Source of the DNA: Chloroflexota bacterium
GTDB lineage: Bacteria; Chloroflexota; Dehalococcoidia; Lucifugimonadales; UBA3495
Assembly (NCBI GenBank): GCA_022562475.1
Contig: JADFPD010000001.1
Location: 15,172 to 79,171, forward strand
Direction of reading: 5' to 3'
DNA: 64,000 nt
Shown one piece after another: positions 35,801-44,522 of the stretch (its first letter is position 1; the number at the start of each line of letters is the position of its first letter). Position numbers and translations under genes: made by a program. The notes below the pieces were generated by a model, which saw nothing but the letters and a program-made list of their open reading frames with translations, searched no databases and was not told the DNA's origin.

Positions 35801-38346
35801 TGATCTCTCCCGCACGGCGCCTGAAACTTGAAGAACACGGGTTCCATGGTAGGGCTTCAGTTCCTCTGCTGGCCAATGACCGCTCGATAGGCGTGCTAGC
35901 TGTTATGGACAAGCGTATACGCCGCTTCACCGAGGATGAAGTCTCACTTTTGATGGCCTTCGCCGACCAGGCAGCCCTCGCCCTAGAGAAGGCGCGGCTC
36001 TTGAACGAGGCGGAGACGGAGAAGGAACGCTCGGACGCCCTCTACCAAGTCTCCAACCGGCTGGCCAGCGTCCACGACACAGACGAAGTGCTGGACCTGA
36101 TCGTGAACGAGGCCGCCCGGCTCGTGGGGGCGTCCGCAGGGTATATGCGGTTGTTGGAAGGAGACGCATTGGTGATTCGCGCCAGTACGGACTCTGTTGC
36201 CGACTACCTTGAAGCAAGCAACTCGACCGTCCCCGTCGAGGAAAGGACAAGCAATGCGGGACATGTGATGGCTACGAGGAAGCCATTGGTCAGCGATGAC
36301 GCGGCAGAGGATGAATTCATTCACCCCGAACAACGTCTGATACTCAAAGAACACGGGTTCCACGGGAGAGCTTCAGTTCCCCTGGTGGCCAATGACCGGT
36401 CCATCGGCGTGCTCGTAGTCATAGACAAGCGCATCCGCCGATTCACTGACGACGAAGTCTCTCTATTAACAGCCTTCGCGGACCAAGCCGCCCTGGCACT
36501 GGAGAAAGCCCGGCTTTTGAACGAGGCGGAGCGGGAGAAGGAACGCTCGGACGCCCTCTATCAGGTCTCCAACCGGCTGGCCGGCGCCCATGACACGGAC
36601 GAAGTTCTGGACCTGATCGTGAACGAGGCCGCCCGGCTTGTCGGCGCGACAGGAGCCTACATCCGGCTGTTGCAGGGAGATCAGTTGGCATCCAGCGCCA
36701 CCACCGATTCCGTAGCTGATTTTGTTGCCGAGATTATTCCGGCCGTTTATGTGGTTGGACAAGATTGGAACATGATGGGCCATGTGATCGAAACCAAGAA
36801 ACCCTGGGTCACAGAGGACGCCGTGGAGGATGAGCGAAGATCTCCAGAGGGGCGTTCCTTGTGCAAAAAATACGAGATCCACGGAACGGCTGCAATTCCT
36901 CTGATCGCCAACGACCGCTCAATCGGCGTTCTTAATTTAATGGACAACCGCGTCCGCCTCTTCAGCGATGATGAAGTTTCCTTGCTCACTGCCTTCGCCG
37001 ACCAAGCGTCGCTGGCCCTGGAGAAAGCCCGGCTCCTGAACGAAGCGGAGGCCCGGGAGCGGCAGGCCACCCAACTCTATGAGGTAACCTCACAACTGGC
37101 CTCCAACCACAACCTGGATAGCGTGCTGGACTTGATAACCCAACAAGCTGTCGAACTTACCGGCGGAAAACGTGGGGCGATTTTCCGCTACGACGAAGTT
37201 AGGAAAGGCCTTGTCGTTGCCACCATGCACAACCACCTCCCGGAATTCCGGGACATGTTTATTCGGCCCGGCGAAGGGGTTTCCGGGCGCGCCTATGACC
37301 TGCGAAAATCGGTTTGGACAGATGACCTTAATCACGATGTTTCGGTCGTATATTCTGATGATGAATCCGAAAAACTTGCGAGGAGAACGGATTCAGAATT
37401 GGCAATGGGCGTTGTGTCCGCTCCCATCATGATTCAGGACGAGGTATACGGTATCCTCTGTGTGACTTTTCACAGGCGCAAAGAGTTTTCCGACGACGAG
37501 GTTAATCTGGTCCAGAACCTAGCCGACAGCGCCGCAGTGGCCATCAACAACGCCCGGTTCATCGAGGATACCCAGCGGGCCCGGGACGAAGCGGAAGAAG
37601 CCAACCGGACCAAGAGCGAGTTCCTGGCCAATATGAGTCACGAACTGCGCACCCCGCTCAACGCCATCATCGGCTACAGCGAGATGCTGCAAGAAGATGT
37701 CGCAGGTCTTGAGAACGAAGAATTCGAGGAAGACCTCGAGCGGATCAACGGCGCCGGCAAACACCTGTTGGGCCTGATCAACGACGTCCTGGACATCTCC
37801 AAGATCGAGGCCGGCGCCATGGACATCTATCTGGAGACATTCCCCCTTGAGCCCATGATCCAAGACGTGGTGACTACCATGCGGCCCTTGGTGGAAAAGA
37901 ACTCCAACACCCTGGAGGTCGATTGCCCGGGTTCCGTGGGCTCCATCCACGCGGACACGACCAAGGTCAGGCAAGGTCTGTTCAACCTGCTCAGCAACGC
38001 CAGCAAGTTCACCGAACAGGGGACGATCTCCCTTAATATTAGCCGGGAGACCCGCGAAGGCCAAGATTGGATCAACTTCTCCGTAGCTGACACCGGTATC
38101 GGCATGACCGAAGAACAGATGGGAAAGCTATTCGAGGCGTTCACCCAGGCGGAGGCCTCAACCAGCCGACGTTACGGCGGCACGGGGTTGGGCCTGGCTA
38201 TCACCCGCCATTTTTGCGAGATGATGGGGGGCACAGTGTTGGTGGAAAGTGAGCTTGGCAAAGGGTCGACGTTCACCATGAAACTTCCGGCGGTCGTGGA
38301 AGACTCGCTGGGAACACAGGTGGCCGAACACGGAGATTCGCAATGA
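32851..38346 (+). CDS. soluble multi-GAF sensor histidine kinase (9 x GAF + HisKA + HATPase_c)
   Basis: 1831 aa with no TM segment. There are nine GAF modules separated by LEKARLLNEAEREKERS coiled-coil linkers. The H-box is MSHELRTPLNAI and the ATPase boxes are DTGIGM and GGTGLGLAI. Confidence 0.92.
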   Translation: MNDERKTKKQLLEDLKRERERSIALQDVSNRLAGAHDSAEVLDLIVNEATRLLGATAAWIRLMEGGVLVLAASTTAAAGYLAEMAEISPALSVGKGLTIPGEVLATKKPFAGVVAEETNITPQARQAFDNYGFQGIAVIPMLANDRPIGVLIVTDSRERRFTEDEVSLLMAFADQASLSLEKARLLSEAGREKDRSEALVQVSNQLAGVHDTEKVLDLIVNEAARLVGASAAYLRLLEGGVLVPSAATESAASFLAQQAEVQPAQPVGAGGSMVGRVMATKKPYLTEDVRESEIISSAGRLIFQTHGFQGVAIVPLLANDQSIGVLTVMDKRVRLFTDDEVSLLAAFADQASLALEKARLLNQAEREKERSDTLYEISNKLAGVHDTDDVLDLIVNEAARLLGASGAWIRLLDGNVMVPSAATGSAAAYIAEQAKIRPTLAVGEGVSMIGHVMATRKPMVADDVPDITTPEVRAMLHEHGFYGSAAVPLVANDRSIGVLTVTDSRIRRFTEDEVSLLMAFADQASLALEKARLLNEAEREKERSEALYQVSNKLAGAHDTDEVLDLIVNEAARLVDASAAYLRLLEGEVLVPSAATESASAYLADAAEERPAIGIGTASTGHVMATKKPLVGDNAQRLRSPEAIRSLNEHGFHSSALIPLLANDRSIGVLIVYDKRIRSFTEDEVSLLTAFADQASLALEKARLLNNAEREKERSDTLYEISNKLAGVHDTNEVLDLIVNEAARLIGVSAAWIFLLDGEVMVAGAATEPERGMLADIVNFNPNLKAEEKSNVLGHVMATKKPLFGEDAEQMMFPETRQIFLEHGFQPSASASVPLVTNDRSIGVLAVMDKRTRRFTDDEVSLLSAFADQASLALEKARLLNEAEREKERSDALYRVSNMLAGAHDTGEVLDLIVNEAARLVHTDASYFHLLDEENLVIGANTDSVSGYLAEAPALLVGEGTSIAGHVMATKKPLVVEDVTENELISPARRLKLEEHGFHGRASVPLLANDRSIGVLAVMDKRIRRFTEDEVSLLMAFADQAALALEKARLLNEAETEKERSDALYQVSNRLASVHDTDEVLDLIVNEAARLVGASAGYMRLLEGDALVIRASTDSVADYLEASNSTVPVEERTSNAGHVMATRKPLVSDDAAEDEFIHPEQRLILKEHGFHGRASVPLVANDRSIGVLVVIDKRIRRFTDDEVSLLTAFADQAALALEKARLLNEAEREKERSDALYQVSNRLAGAHDTDEVLDLIVNEAARLVGATGAYIRLLQGDQLASSATTDSVADFVAEIIPAVYVVGQDWNMMGHVIETKKPWVTEDAVEDERRSPEGRSLCKKYEIHGTAAIPLIANDRSIGVLNLMDNRVRLFSDDEVSLLTAFADQASLALEKARLLNEAEARERQATQLYEVTSQLASNHNLDSVLDLITQQAVELTGGKRGAIFRYDEVRKGLVVATMHNHLPEFRDMFIRPGEGVSGRAYDLRKSVWTDDLNHDVSVVYSDDESEKLARRTDSELAMGVVSAPIMIQDEVYGILCVTFHRRKEFSDDEVNLVQNLADSAAVAINNARFIEDTQRARDEAEEANRTKSEFLANMSHELRTPLNAIIGYSEMLQEDVAGLENEEFEEDLERINGAGKHLLGLINDVLDISKIEAGAMDIYLETFPLEPMIQDVVTTMRPLVEKNSNTLEVDCPGSVGSIHADTTKVRQGLFNLLSNASKFTEQGTISLNISRETREGQDWINFSVADTGIGMTEEQMGKLFEAFTQAEASTSRRYGGTGLGLAITRHFCEMMGGTVLVESELGKGSTFTMKLPAVVEDSLGTQVAEHGDSQ
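32905..37560 (+). repeat. in-frame tandem repeat array (period about 513-525 bp, 9 GAF units) inside the kinase gene
   Basis: The CTGGAGAA(A/G)GC linker motif recurs at 33388, 33913, 34432, 34945, 35470, 35983, 36499 and 37018. Neighbouring units share long near-identical nucleotide runs. Confidence 0.9.
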
Positions 38347-39224
38347 AACAGATAACCAGCAACGTTTGGGTTGAGACCGAGGTTAGGGGTTGCAACTTTG
38401 GGTTCGTGACCACCACCGACGGCATAGTCATGATCGACAGCCCCCATAAACCCACCACGGCCATGTGGCTGAGATCCGAGATCGAGAAACGGGGCCTGCT
38501 CCGCTACATCATCAATACCGAGCCCCACGGCGACCATTGGACCGGGAACGCCTTCTTCGATGCCCCGGTCATCGCCCACGAAGGGGTCCGCACGCGCATG
38601 CTGAACACCGACATGGCCGAGCATGCCGCCAGGGTCGGGACCTTCGGGCCCGACGAGCCTGCTCTCCTGGAAGGATATACGGCCAACATGCCGGTCATCA
38701 CCTTCCGCGACACTATGACCATGCATGTCGGCGACCACACTTTCGAGATGATTCACATGCCCGGCCACACCCTCTATCAAGCGGCGGTGATCGTTAAAGA
38801 AGAAGGGGTGGTCTTCACCAGCGACAACATCTTCCACGGGGTGCATTCCTGGCTGCACGAAGCCGACCCGGACCTGTGGTTAGTTGCTTTGGAATCGCTA
38901 CGTGGTCTGAACGAAGACATCTTTGTGCCTGGACACGGCGATATGTGCGGCAAGGGCTATCTGGACGAGCAAGGGGCGTTCATATCCGAGTGGAAGGACT
39001 ACGTCCAAGACGCCGTGGACCGGGGCATGACCAGGGAGGAGTCGGTCTCGACACTGACGGCCCTGATCGACCGCTACCCAATGGACGTGGAGCAGGCCGC
39101 CCTGGCGCCGATGGTCATGGGCATCAACGCCGGCAACCTCTACGACTACCTAACCGGCCCCTGGCCCCCCGCGTCCATCACCGGGGGAACAGTCGCCACA
39201 AGACTGCCCAGCGACGATAAGTAA
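38343..39224 (+). CDS. MBL-fold metallo-hydrolase
   Basis: 293 aa. The metal motif region is INTEPHGDHWTGN, followed by later His/Asp ligands (HMPGHT, VPGHGD). Its ATG overlaps the kinase stop (ATGA at 38343-38346). Confidence 0.85.
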   Translation: MKQITSNVWVETEVRGCNFGFVTTTDGIVMIDSPHKPTTAMWLRSEIEKRGLLRYIINTEPHGDHWTGNAFFDAPVIAHEGVRTRMLNTDMAEHAARVGTFGPDEPALLEGYTANMPVITFRDTMTMHVGDHTFEMIHMPGHTLYQAAVIVKEEGVVFTSDNIFHGVHSWLHEADPDLWLVALESLRGLNEDIFVPGHGDMCGKGYLDEQGAFISEWKDYVQDAVDRGMTREESVSTLTALIDRYPMDVEQAALAPMVMGINAGNLYDYLTGPWPPASITGGTVATRLPSDDK

Positions 39225-39272
39225 AACGAAATCCCCAGACCTCCTCTACGAAATGCGGGGCTGAATACACCC

Positions 39273-39301
39273 GTAGGGGCACGGCAATGCCGTGCCCCTA
39301 C
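39273..39301. repeat. palindromic element GTAGGGGCACGGC-AAT-GCCGTGCCCCTAC, probable terminator (copy 2)
   Basis: A perfect 13-bp stem followed by TATTTTG, between convergent genes (39224 + end, 39368 - end). It belongs to the same family as 9755-9782. Confidence 0.7.
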
Positions 39302-39367
39302 TATTTTGCGTGGTCTGGCTTCTTGCATCCGCAGGAATGATAGATGCAATCAAAAACGCCCGGCTAA

Positions 39368-40561
39368 TTACTCGTCGAACGTTGCTATGGTCCGTTGGGC
39401 GGCCGACAGGCTGGCGCCGAAGGCCACTTCGTAGCCTTCTTTGGAGAGGATGGACTCCAGGGCGGAGAGCACCGCGAAGACGTTCTTCTCCCGGCAAGAC
39501 TCGCCCATCAAGCCGATGCGCCAAGCCTTGCCCGCGAACTCCCCCAAGCCGCCGCCAATCTCGATGTCGTAGTCGTTGAGCAAGGACCGCCGCACCCTGG
39601 CATCATCGATGCCCTCTGGGATGGATATCGCCGTCAGGGGGTTCACCCGGTGCCCTTCTTCTGCCAGCAGAGTCATGCCTAAGGCTTCCACTCCGGCGCG
39701 AAGCCCGGCGGCCACCCTGGCATGTCTATGGACCCGGTTGTCCAGACCCTCCTCCATCATCATGCGCAGGGCCTCCCGCAGGGCGTAGGTCATGTTGATG
39801 GGCGAAGTGTGGTGATAGGCCCGGGTCTGGCTCCAGTAGGCCTCCAGGTCCTTGAGATTGAAATAGAAGCTCTGTACCTTGGACGCCCGGTTATTAACCA
39901 CGTCCATGGCCGCTGGGCTCAGACTGATTGGGGCCAGTCCCGGAGGGGCGCCCAAGCACTTCTGGGTCGCGCTGTAACAAATGTCGATGCCCCAATCGTC
40001 CATCCTAACTTCATGGCCGCCCAGAGACGTTACGGCGTCCACGATGGACAGCGCGCCATACTCGTGAATCACGTCCATCAACTCTTCTAGGCTGCTCAGC
40101 ACCCCGGTGGAAGTCTCAGCGTGGACCACGCCCACCACTTTGAGGCCCGGATGCTTCTTGAGCTCGTCCCGCAGCATCTGGGGGTCCACGGCTTTGCCCC
40201 AGGGGGTGTCCATCATGTGCACGGTGGCCCCGCACCGATCCGCGATGTCAGCCAAACGTGCGCCAAAGAAGCCGTTCCGGCAGATGAGCACTTCGTCGCC
40301 CGGCTCGATGATGTTGGCGCAGGCCGTCTCCATGGCGCCCGTGCCGGTGGACGAGATGGGTAGAGTCATGCTGTTCTTGGTGTGAAAGACCTCGCGCAGC
40401 ATCTCGCACACGTCATCCATCACTCGAAAGAACGACGGGTCCAGGTGACCCACCACCGGCATCGTCATCGCCTGCAACACTCTTGGGTGTACGGTACTGG
40501 GTCCGGCCCCAAGCAGGACCCTCTGCGGTAGCTGCGCTTCGTTCATGTATGAGCTAGTCAA
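39368..40561 (-). CDS. class V aminotransferase (alanine-glyoxylate / serine-pyruvate aminotransferase family)
   Basis: 397 aa. The PLP-lysine context is SATQKCLGAPPG. TTG start with GGAGG 9 nt upstream. Confidence 0.9.
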   Translation of the reverse strand: MTSSYMNEAQLPQRVLLGAGPSTVHPRVLQAMTMPVVGHLDPSFFRVMDDVCEMLREVFHTKNSMTLPISSTGTGAMETACANIIEPGDEVLICRNGFFGARLADIADRCGATVHMMDTPWGKAVDPQMLRDELKKHPGLKVVGVVHAETSTGVLSSLEELMDVIHEYGALSIVDAVTSLGGHEVRMDDWGIDICYSATQKCLGAPPGLAPISLSPAAMDVVNNRASKVQSFYFNLKDLEAYWSQTRAYHHTSPINMTYALREALRMMMEEGLDNRVHRHARVAAGLRAGVEALGMTLLAEEGHRVNPLTAISIPEGIDDARVRRSLLNDYDIEIGGGLGEFAGKAWRIGLMGESCREKNVFAVLSALESILSKEGYEVAFGASLSAAQRTIATFDE

Positions 40562-40638
40562 CTTCTATGACCTCCGGCCGCATGGACTGAATCATTGGCT
40601 AAACATTCGGGCCGTCGATGGCCCGGGGCGCACGGAGG

Positions 40639-41436
40639 TTAGAGCACAGCCGATGCGCCGCCGTCGAGGTTCACGGCGATGCCGGTCAGGTAGCTGGCCC
40701 GCTCCGAAGCCAAGAATGCGATGACATCGCCGGCTTCTTCGGGCTCGGCCACCCGGCCGATGGGCACGCTCCTGGCCTGGGCCAGTTCGTCGTAGAAGGT
40801 ATCGAGGGTCAGGTTGGGTTCCTTCTCTAGGCGGGCGTCATACCGGCGCTGGTGCTGGCCGCTCTTGACCAGCCCGATGCAGACGGTGGTGACCAGTATG
40901 TTTTCCTTGGCCAGGTCCTTGGACAGGCCCTTGGTGATGGCGATGCCCGCGGCACGGGAGATAGAGGTGGGCATCGAGGCTGGGCCGGGTGTCCGGCCGC
41001 CCAGGTTGGTCACGTTGATGATCCGGCCGCCGCCGACCTTCCGCATCTCAACGATGGACTCTTGCATCAGCCGGACGGCGGCCCAGACCTTCAGTTCGAA
41101 GTCGGATTGCCAGTCCTCGTGGCTCACACTCTCGAAGGGTTTGGCCATGGACGTCCCGGCATTGTTGACGATGATATCCAAACGCCCAAAGTTATCCAGG
41201 GCCGTCTTGATCATCTTCTTGGCCGCGCCCTCCGTGGTGACGTCCAAGGACAGGGGCACCACGGAGCCCTCTGTGGCCGTTTTGATCTCTTGGACCGCCT
41301 GGTCCAGCACTTCTTGGCGGCGGGCCACGATTACTACGTTGGCCCCCTCTTTGGCCATGCTCAATGCCGCCGCTTTCCCGATCCCGTCACTTCCGCCCGT
41401 GATGATTGCAACCTTGCCTTCGAGGCCCATGTCCAT
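40639..41436 (-). CDS. SDR family oxidoreductase
   Basis: ITGGSDGIGKA and NNAG motifs plus a catalytic S/Y/K region. 265 aa. Confidence 0.9.
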   Translation of the reverse strand: MDMGLEGKVAIITGGSDGIGKAAALSMAKEGANVVIVARRQEVLDQAVQEIKTATEGSVVPLSLDVTTEGAAKKMIKTALDNFGRLDIIVNNAGTSMAKPFESVSHEDWQSDFELKVWAAVRLMQESIVEMRKVGGGRIINVTNLGGRTPGPASMPTSISRAAGIAITKGLSKDLAKENILVTTVCIGLVKSGQHQRRYDARLEKEPNLTLDTFYDELAQARSVPIGRVAEPEEAGDVIAFLASERASYLTGIAVNLDGGASAVL

Positions 41437-41598
41437 AGTGGTTTCTCCTGTTTCTTAGGCGGAATCCGAGTCTAGATCAAGCCGGTGTACGCTCAGAAAA
41501 GGCCCCGGCGAATCGGCAGCCATTATAACACAGGGGTCCCCTCTGGATTACGCCTGGCGCAGCTTCGTGCGGGACCGATGTCCGGTAAGTCGAAATAA

Positions 41599-42813
41599 CT
41601 AGATCTGAATTCCCGACGCCTTCGCAACGATGTCGATATCTTTGTCGCCCCGGCCGCTGAGGCAGACCAGGATTATCTGGTCTTGGGTCAAGGTTTTTGC
41701 CAGCTCGACGGCGGCGGATACCGCGTGGGATGACTCCAGCGCCGGGATGATGCCCTCGGTGCGGCACAGCAGATGGAACGCCTCCAACGCCTGGGAGTCG
41801 TTCACCTCCCGGTATTCAGCCCTTCCGGAGTCTTTCAGGTAGCTGTGCTCCGGGCCCACTCCGGGGTAGTCCAGCCCCGCTGAGATGCTGTGGGTCTCCT
41901 GCACCTGCCCGTGCTCGTCCTGAAGCAGATAGGACATCGCGCCGTGCAGCACGCCCGGACGCCCGGCGCTCAGGGTGGCCGAATGTTTGCCGGTACCCAC
42001 TCCTTCGCCCCCGGCTTCCAAGCCCAGCAGCCGCACGTCTTCGTCGGGCACGAAGGGATGGAAGATGCCGATGGAGTTGCTGCCGCCGCCGACGCAGGCC
42101 AGCACGTAGTCCGGAAGCCGGCCTTCGGCCTCCAACAACTGGGCCTTGGCCTCCCGGCCGATGACCGTCTGGAAGTCTCGCACCATCACCGGGTATGGGT
42201 GCGGCCCCACCACGCTGCCGATCAGATAGTGAGTTGTTTCCACATTGGTCACCCAGTCGCGGATCGCCTCATTGATGGCGTCTTTCAGGGTGCGGGTGCC
42301 CGAGTCGACCGGCACGACTTCAGCCTCCAGCAGCTTCATCCGGAAGACGTTCAGCGACTGCCGTTGAATGTCCTCGCTGCCCATGTAGACGATGCATTCC
42401 AGGCCGAGCATGGCGCAGGCAGTGGCCGCGGCAACGCCGTGCTGCCCGGCCCCGGTCTCGGCGATGATCCGCTTCTTGCCCATGTGCTGGGCCAACAACG
42501 CCTGGCCTAGGGCATTGTTTATCTTGTGGGCCCCGGTATGGGCCAGGTCTTCACGTTTTAGGTAGATCTTGGCGCCGCCGCAGACGCGGGTCAGGTTCTC
42601 GGCGAAGTACAAAGCGGTGGGCCGCCCGGCGTAGGTATGTAGCAGATGACCCAGACGCTCCTGAAATTCAGGGTCCTCCTTGGCCGTACGGTAGGCCTCA
42701 TCCAACTCCGCAACGGCGGCCATCAGCGTCTCGGGAATGAATTTCCCACCGAAATCGCCGAAGCGCCCACGGTCATCAGGAAAGCGGAGGCTGGCCTCGT
42801 TTTTATCCGGCAT
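41599..42813 (-). CDS. trpB: tryptophan synthase beta chain (TrpB1 type)
   Basis: The [19 protein letters not shown] and GGGSNSIG motifs are present. The start is set at [11 protein letters not shown] (ATG 42811-42813, GAAGGA RBS). Confidence 0.95.
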   Translation of the reverse strand: MPDKNEASLRFPDDRGRFGDFGGKFIPETLMAAVAELDEAYRTAKEDPEFQERLGHLLHTYAGRPTALYFAENLTRVCGGAKIYLKREDLAHTGAHKINNALGQALLAQHMGKKRIIAETGAGQHGVAAATACAMLGLECIVYMGSEDIQRQSLNVFRMKLLEAEVVPVDSGTRTLKDAINEAIRDWVTNVETTHYLIGSVVGPHPYPVMVRDFQTVIGREAKAQLLEAEGRLPDYVLACVGGGSNSIGIFHPFVPDEDVRLLGLEAGGEGVGTGKHSATLSAGRPGVLHGAMSYLLQDEHGQVQETHSISAGLDYPGVGPEHSYLKDSGRAEYREVNDSQALEAFHLLCRTEGIIPALESSHAVSAAVELAKTLTQDQIILVCLSGRGDKDIDIVAKASGIQI

Positions 42814-42832
42814 AGATGATTCCTTCTTTCCG

Positions 42833-43516
42833 CTACGCCGCCCTGGCGGCGGCTGCCCGGGCGATCTGCATGAAATCACGTATCTTCTGATGGTCTTTGT
42901 TGCCGTCTGTTTCAACGCCGCTGGAAACGTCCACGCCCCAGGGTCTGACGGTCATGATTGCTTCTGAAACATTTTCGGGGGTTAGCCCACCGGCCAGCAA
43001 GAATGGATGGCCCGCCTGGGAGAGGGATGCAGCCACATCCCAGTCAAACCCCTTCCCGGTGCCGCCTTGGATGCCCTCGACATATCTGTCCAGCGTTACT
43101 AGGTGCCCGACCCCGCTGAATTCCTTGACCCGGGCGCCGGTCCCCGCATCGTCGGCCGACGTAGCTGACTCTGCCACGTGCACCACTTTGATCACGTCGC
43201 AGCCGACTTGGCCGGCGTATTCGACCGTTTCCTGGCCGCAGAGCTGGGCCAGGTCCAGTCCGCAAAATTTCACTATTCCGCCAACCTCTTCGATCGGCTG
43301 GTCGGCGAAGAGGCCGACGATCCGGGGAACCGGGCCGCCGGAGTTCCTGACTCCATCGACGATGACTTTGGCCTCTTTAGGCGTGATACGCCGGCGCCGC
43401 TCCGGCACGAACACCAAGCCGATGAGATCGGCCCCCGACTCGGCGGCCACCAGTGCGTCGTCCAAGGCACGGATACCGCAGATCTTTACCCTTATATCTT
43501 GCGGGTCTATGTTCAT
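42833..43516 (-). CDS. trpF: phosphoribosylanthranilate isomerase
   Basis: 227 aa with VKICGI near the N-terminus and a TIM-barrel PRAI pattern. It overlaps trpC by 4 nt. Confidence 0.9.
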   Translation of the reverse strand: MNIDPQDIRVKICGIRALDDALVAAESGADLIGLVFVPERRRRITPKEAKVIVDGVRNSGGPVPRIVGLFADQPIEEVGGIVKFCGLDLAQLCGQETVEYAGQVGCDVIKVVHVAESATSADDAGTGARVKEFSGVGHLVTLDRYVEGIQGGTGKGFDWDVAASLSQAGHPFLLAGGLTPENVSEAIMTVRPWGVDVSSGVETDGNKDHQKIRDFMQIARAAAARAA

Positions 43517-44313
43517 GCCGCCGGCGTTTTCTGCCCGGTCAGCTCCCGGACCTTTTCTCCGACGTCTGGGGCAGTCACCAGGGCCTCACCGACCAAAACC
43601 GCATTGACCCTGGAGCGTTCCATCCGCCGGAGATGCTCGCGGGTGAAGATGCCGCTTTCGCTGACGATCTGCTTGCCTCTGGGCACCAGCGGCGCCAGGC
43701 GTTCAGTCACAGTTAGATCGGTGGTGAATGTGCGCAGGTCCCGGTTGTTGATGCCGATGATGTCCGCTCCGGCATCCACCGCGGTCTCCAGCTCATTCTC
43801 GTCGTGGACCTCTACCAAACACTGCATCAAGTGTGCCTGGGCGGCAGCCAGCAGCTCCTTTAGTTGGGTCGGCTCCACGATCGCCACGATGAGCAACATT
43901 GCATCGGCCCCAGCCGCCCGAGTCTCGACAACCTGGTAGGGGTCAAAGATGAAATCTTTGCGTATAACCGGCGCGCGCTGGGAGGCCCCGGTCTCCTTGA
44001 TCTGCCGCAGGTGGTCCAGTTCACCCTGGAACCTGGGGTCGGTGAGGCACGAGATGGCCGCCGCCCCGTTGCCGGCGTAGGTCTCAGCCAACTTCAGGTG
44101 GTCGAAGTTGGGCATCAGCAGCCCTCGGGAGGGCGAGGCCTTTTTAACCTCGGCGATGAGCCGCACCCCACCACCCAGCAGCGCCCCAGACAGATTCAGG
44201 GGCCGTGGCTGGCCGGCGGCAGCAGCCTCCAAGTCGGCCAGAGAAACCTGAGTCTTGCTCTCGGCCAGCTCAACTCGCTTGGCGGCAACTATTTCATCGA
44301 GGATGTTTGGCAT
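43513..44313 (-). CDS. trpC: indole-3-glycerol phosphate synthase
   Basis: LIAEVKKASPSRG, IGINNRDL and ESGI motifs. 266 aa. Confidence 0.93.
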   Translation of the reverse strand: MPNILDEIVAAKRVELAESKTQVSLADLEAAAAGQPRPLNLSGALLGGGVRLIAEVKKASPSRGLLMPNFDHLKLAETYAGNGAAAISCLTDPRFQGELDHLRQIKETGASQRAPVIRKDFIFDPYQVVETRAAGADAMLLIVAIVEPTQLKELLAAAQAHLMQCLVEVHDENELETAVDAGADIIGINNRDLRTFTTDLTVTERLAPLVPRGKQIVSESGIFTREHLRRMERSRVNAVLVGEALVTAPDVGEKVRELTGQKTPAA

Positions 44314-44315
44314 GA

Positions 44316-44522
44316 TTAGGGCAGACTTACCTCTTCTTCGTTGACCAGACTGGTGATCGAACTTAGAAGAAATTCCCGGCCGCCCTGTATCTCCAGCATT
44401 ACCGGATTTCCGGCAGCGCTGAAATGGGTAATTACCCCGTCCGATTCTTGGGCATGGTCTGCGGGTGTCTCGGAAACCTGAATGGTCAGAATATCGACTT
44501 CCCGGTTATATTTAATCTTCAT
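44316..44522 (-). CDS. DUF2283-like small protein (putative antitoxin-like partner)
   Basis: 68 aa, MKIKYNREVDILTIQVSE..., a typical DUF2283 beginning. It overlaps the upstream gene by 11 nt and ends 2 nt before trpC. Confidence 0.65.
   Translation of the reverse strand: MKIKYNREVDILTIQVSETPADHAQESDGVITHFSAAGNPVMLEIQGGREFLLSSITSLVNEEEVSLP

Noticed and set aside
32905-37560. Regular ~516-bp periodicity considered as a satellite or CRISPR-like array
   Set aside because: The period is far too long for CRISPR and there are no unique short spacers. The whole array is one uninterrupted reading frame encoding GAF domains.
41599-42915. Long N-terminal extensions in track ORFs (trpB, and similarly nadE 3537, deacetylase 28318, SDR 58654, methyltransferase 9337, CMD 9186, GT4 63229)
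   Set aside because: In each case an internal ATG or GTG with a Shine-Dalgarno-like sequence coincides with the start of family homology. The extension is Arg/Pro-rich or overlaps the neighbouring gene.
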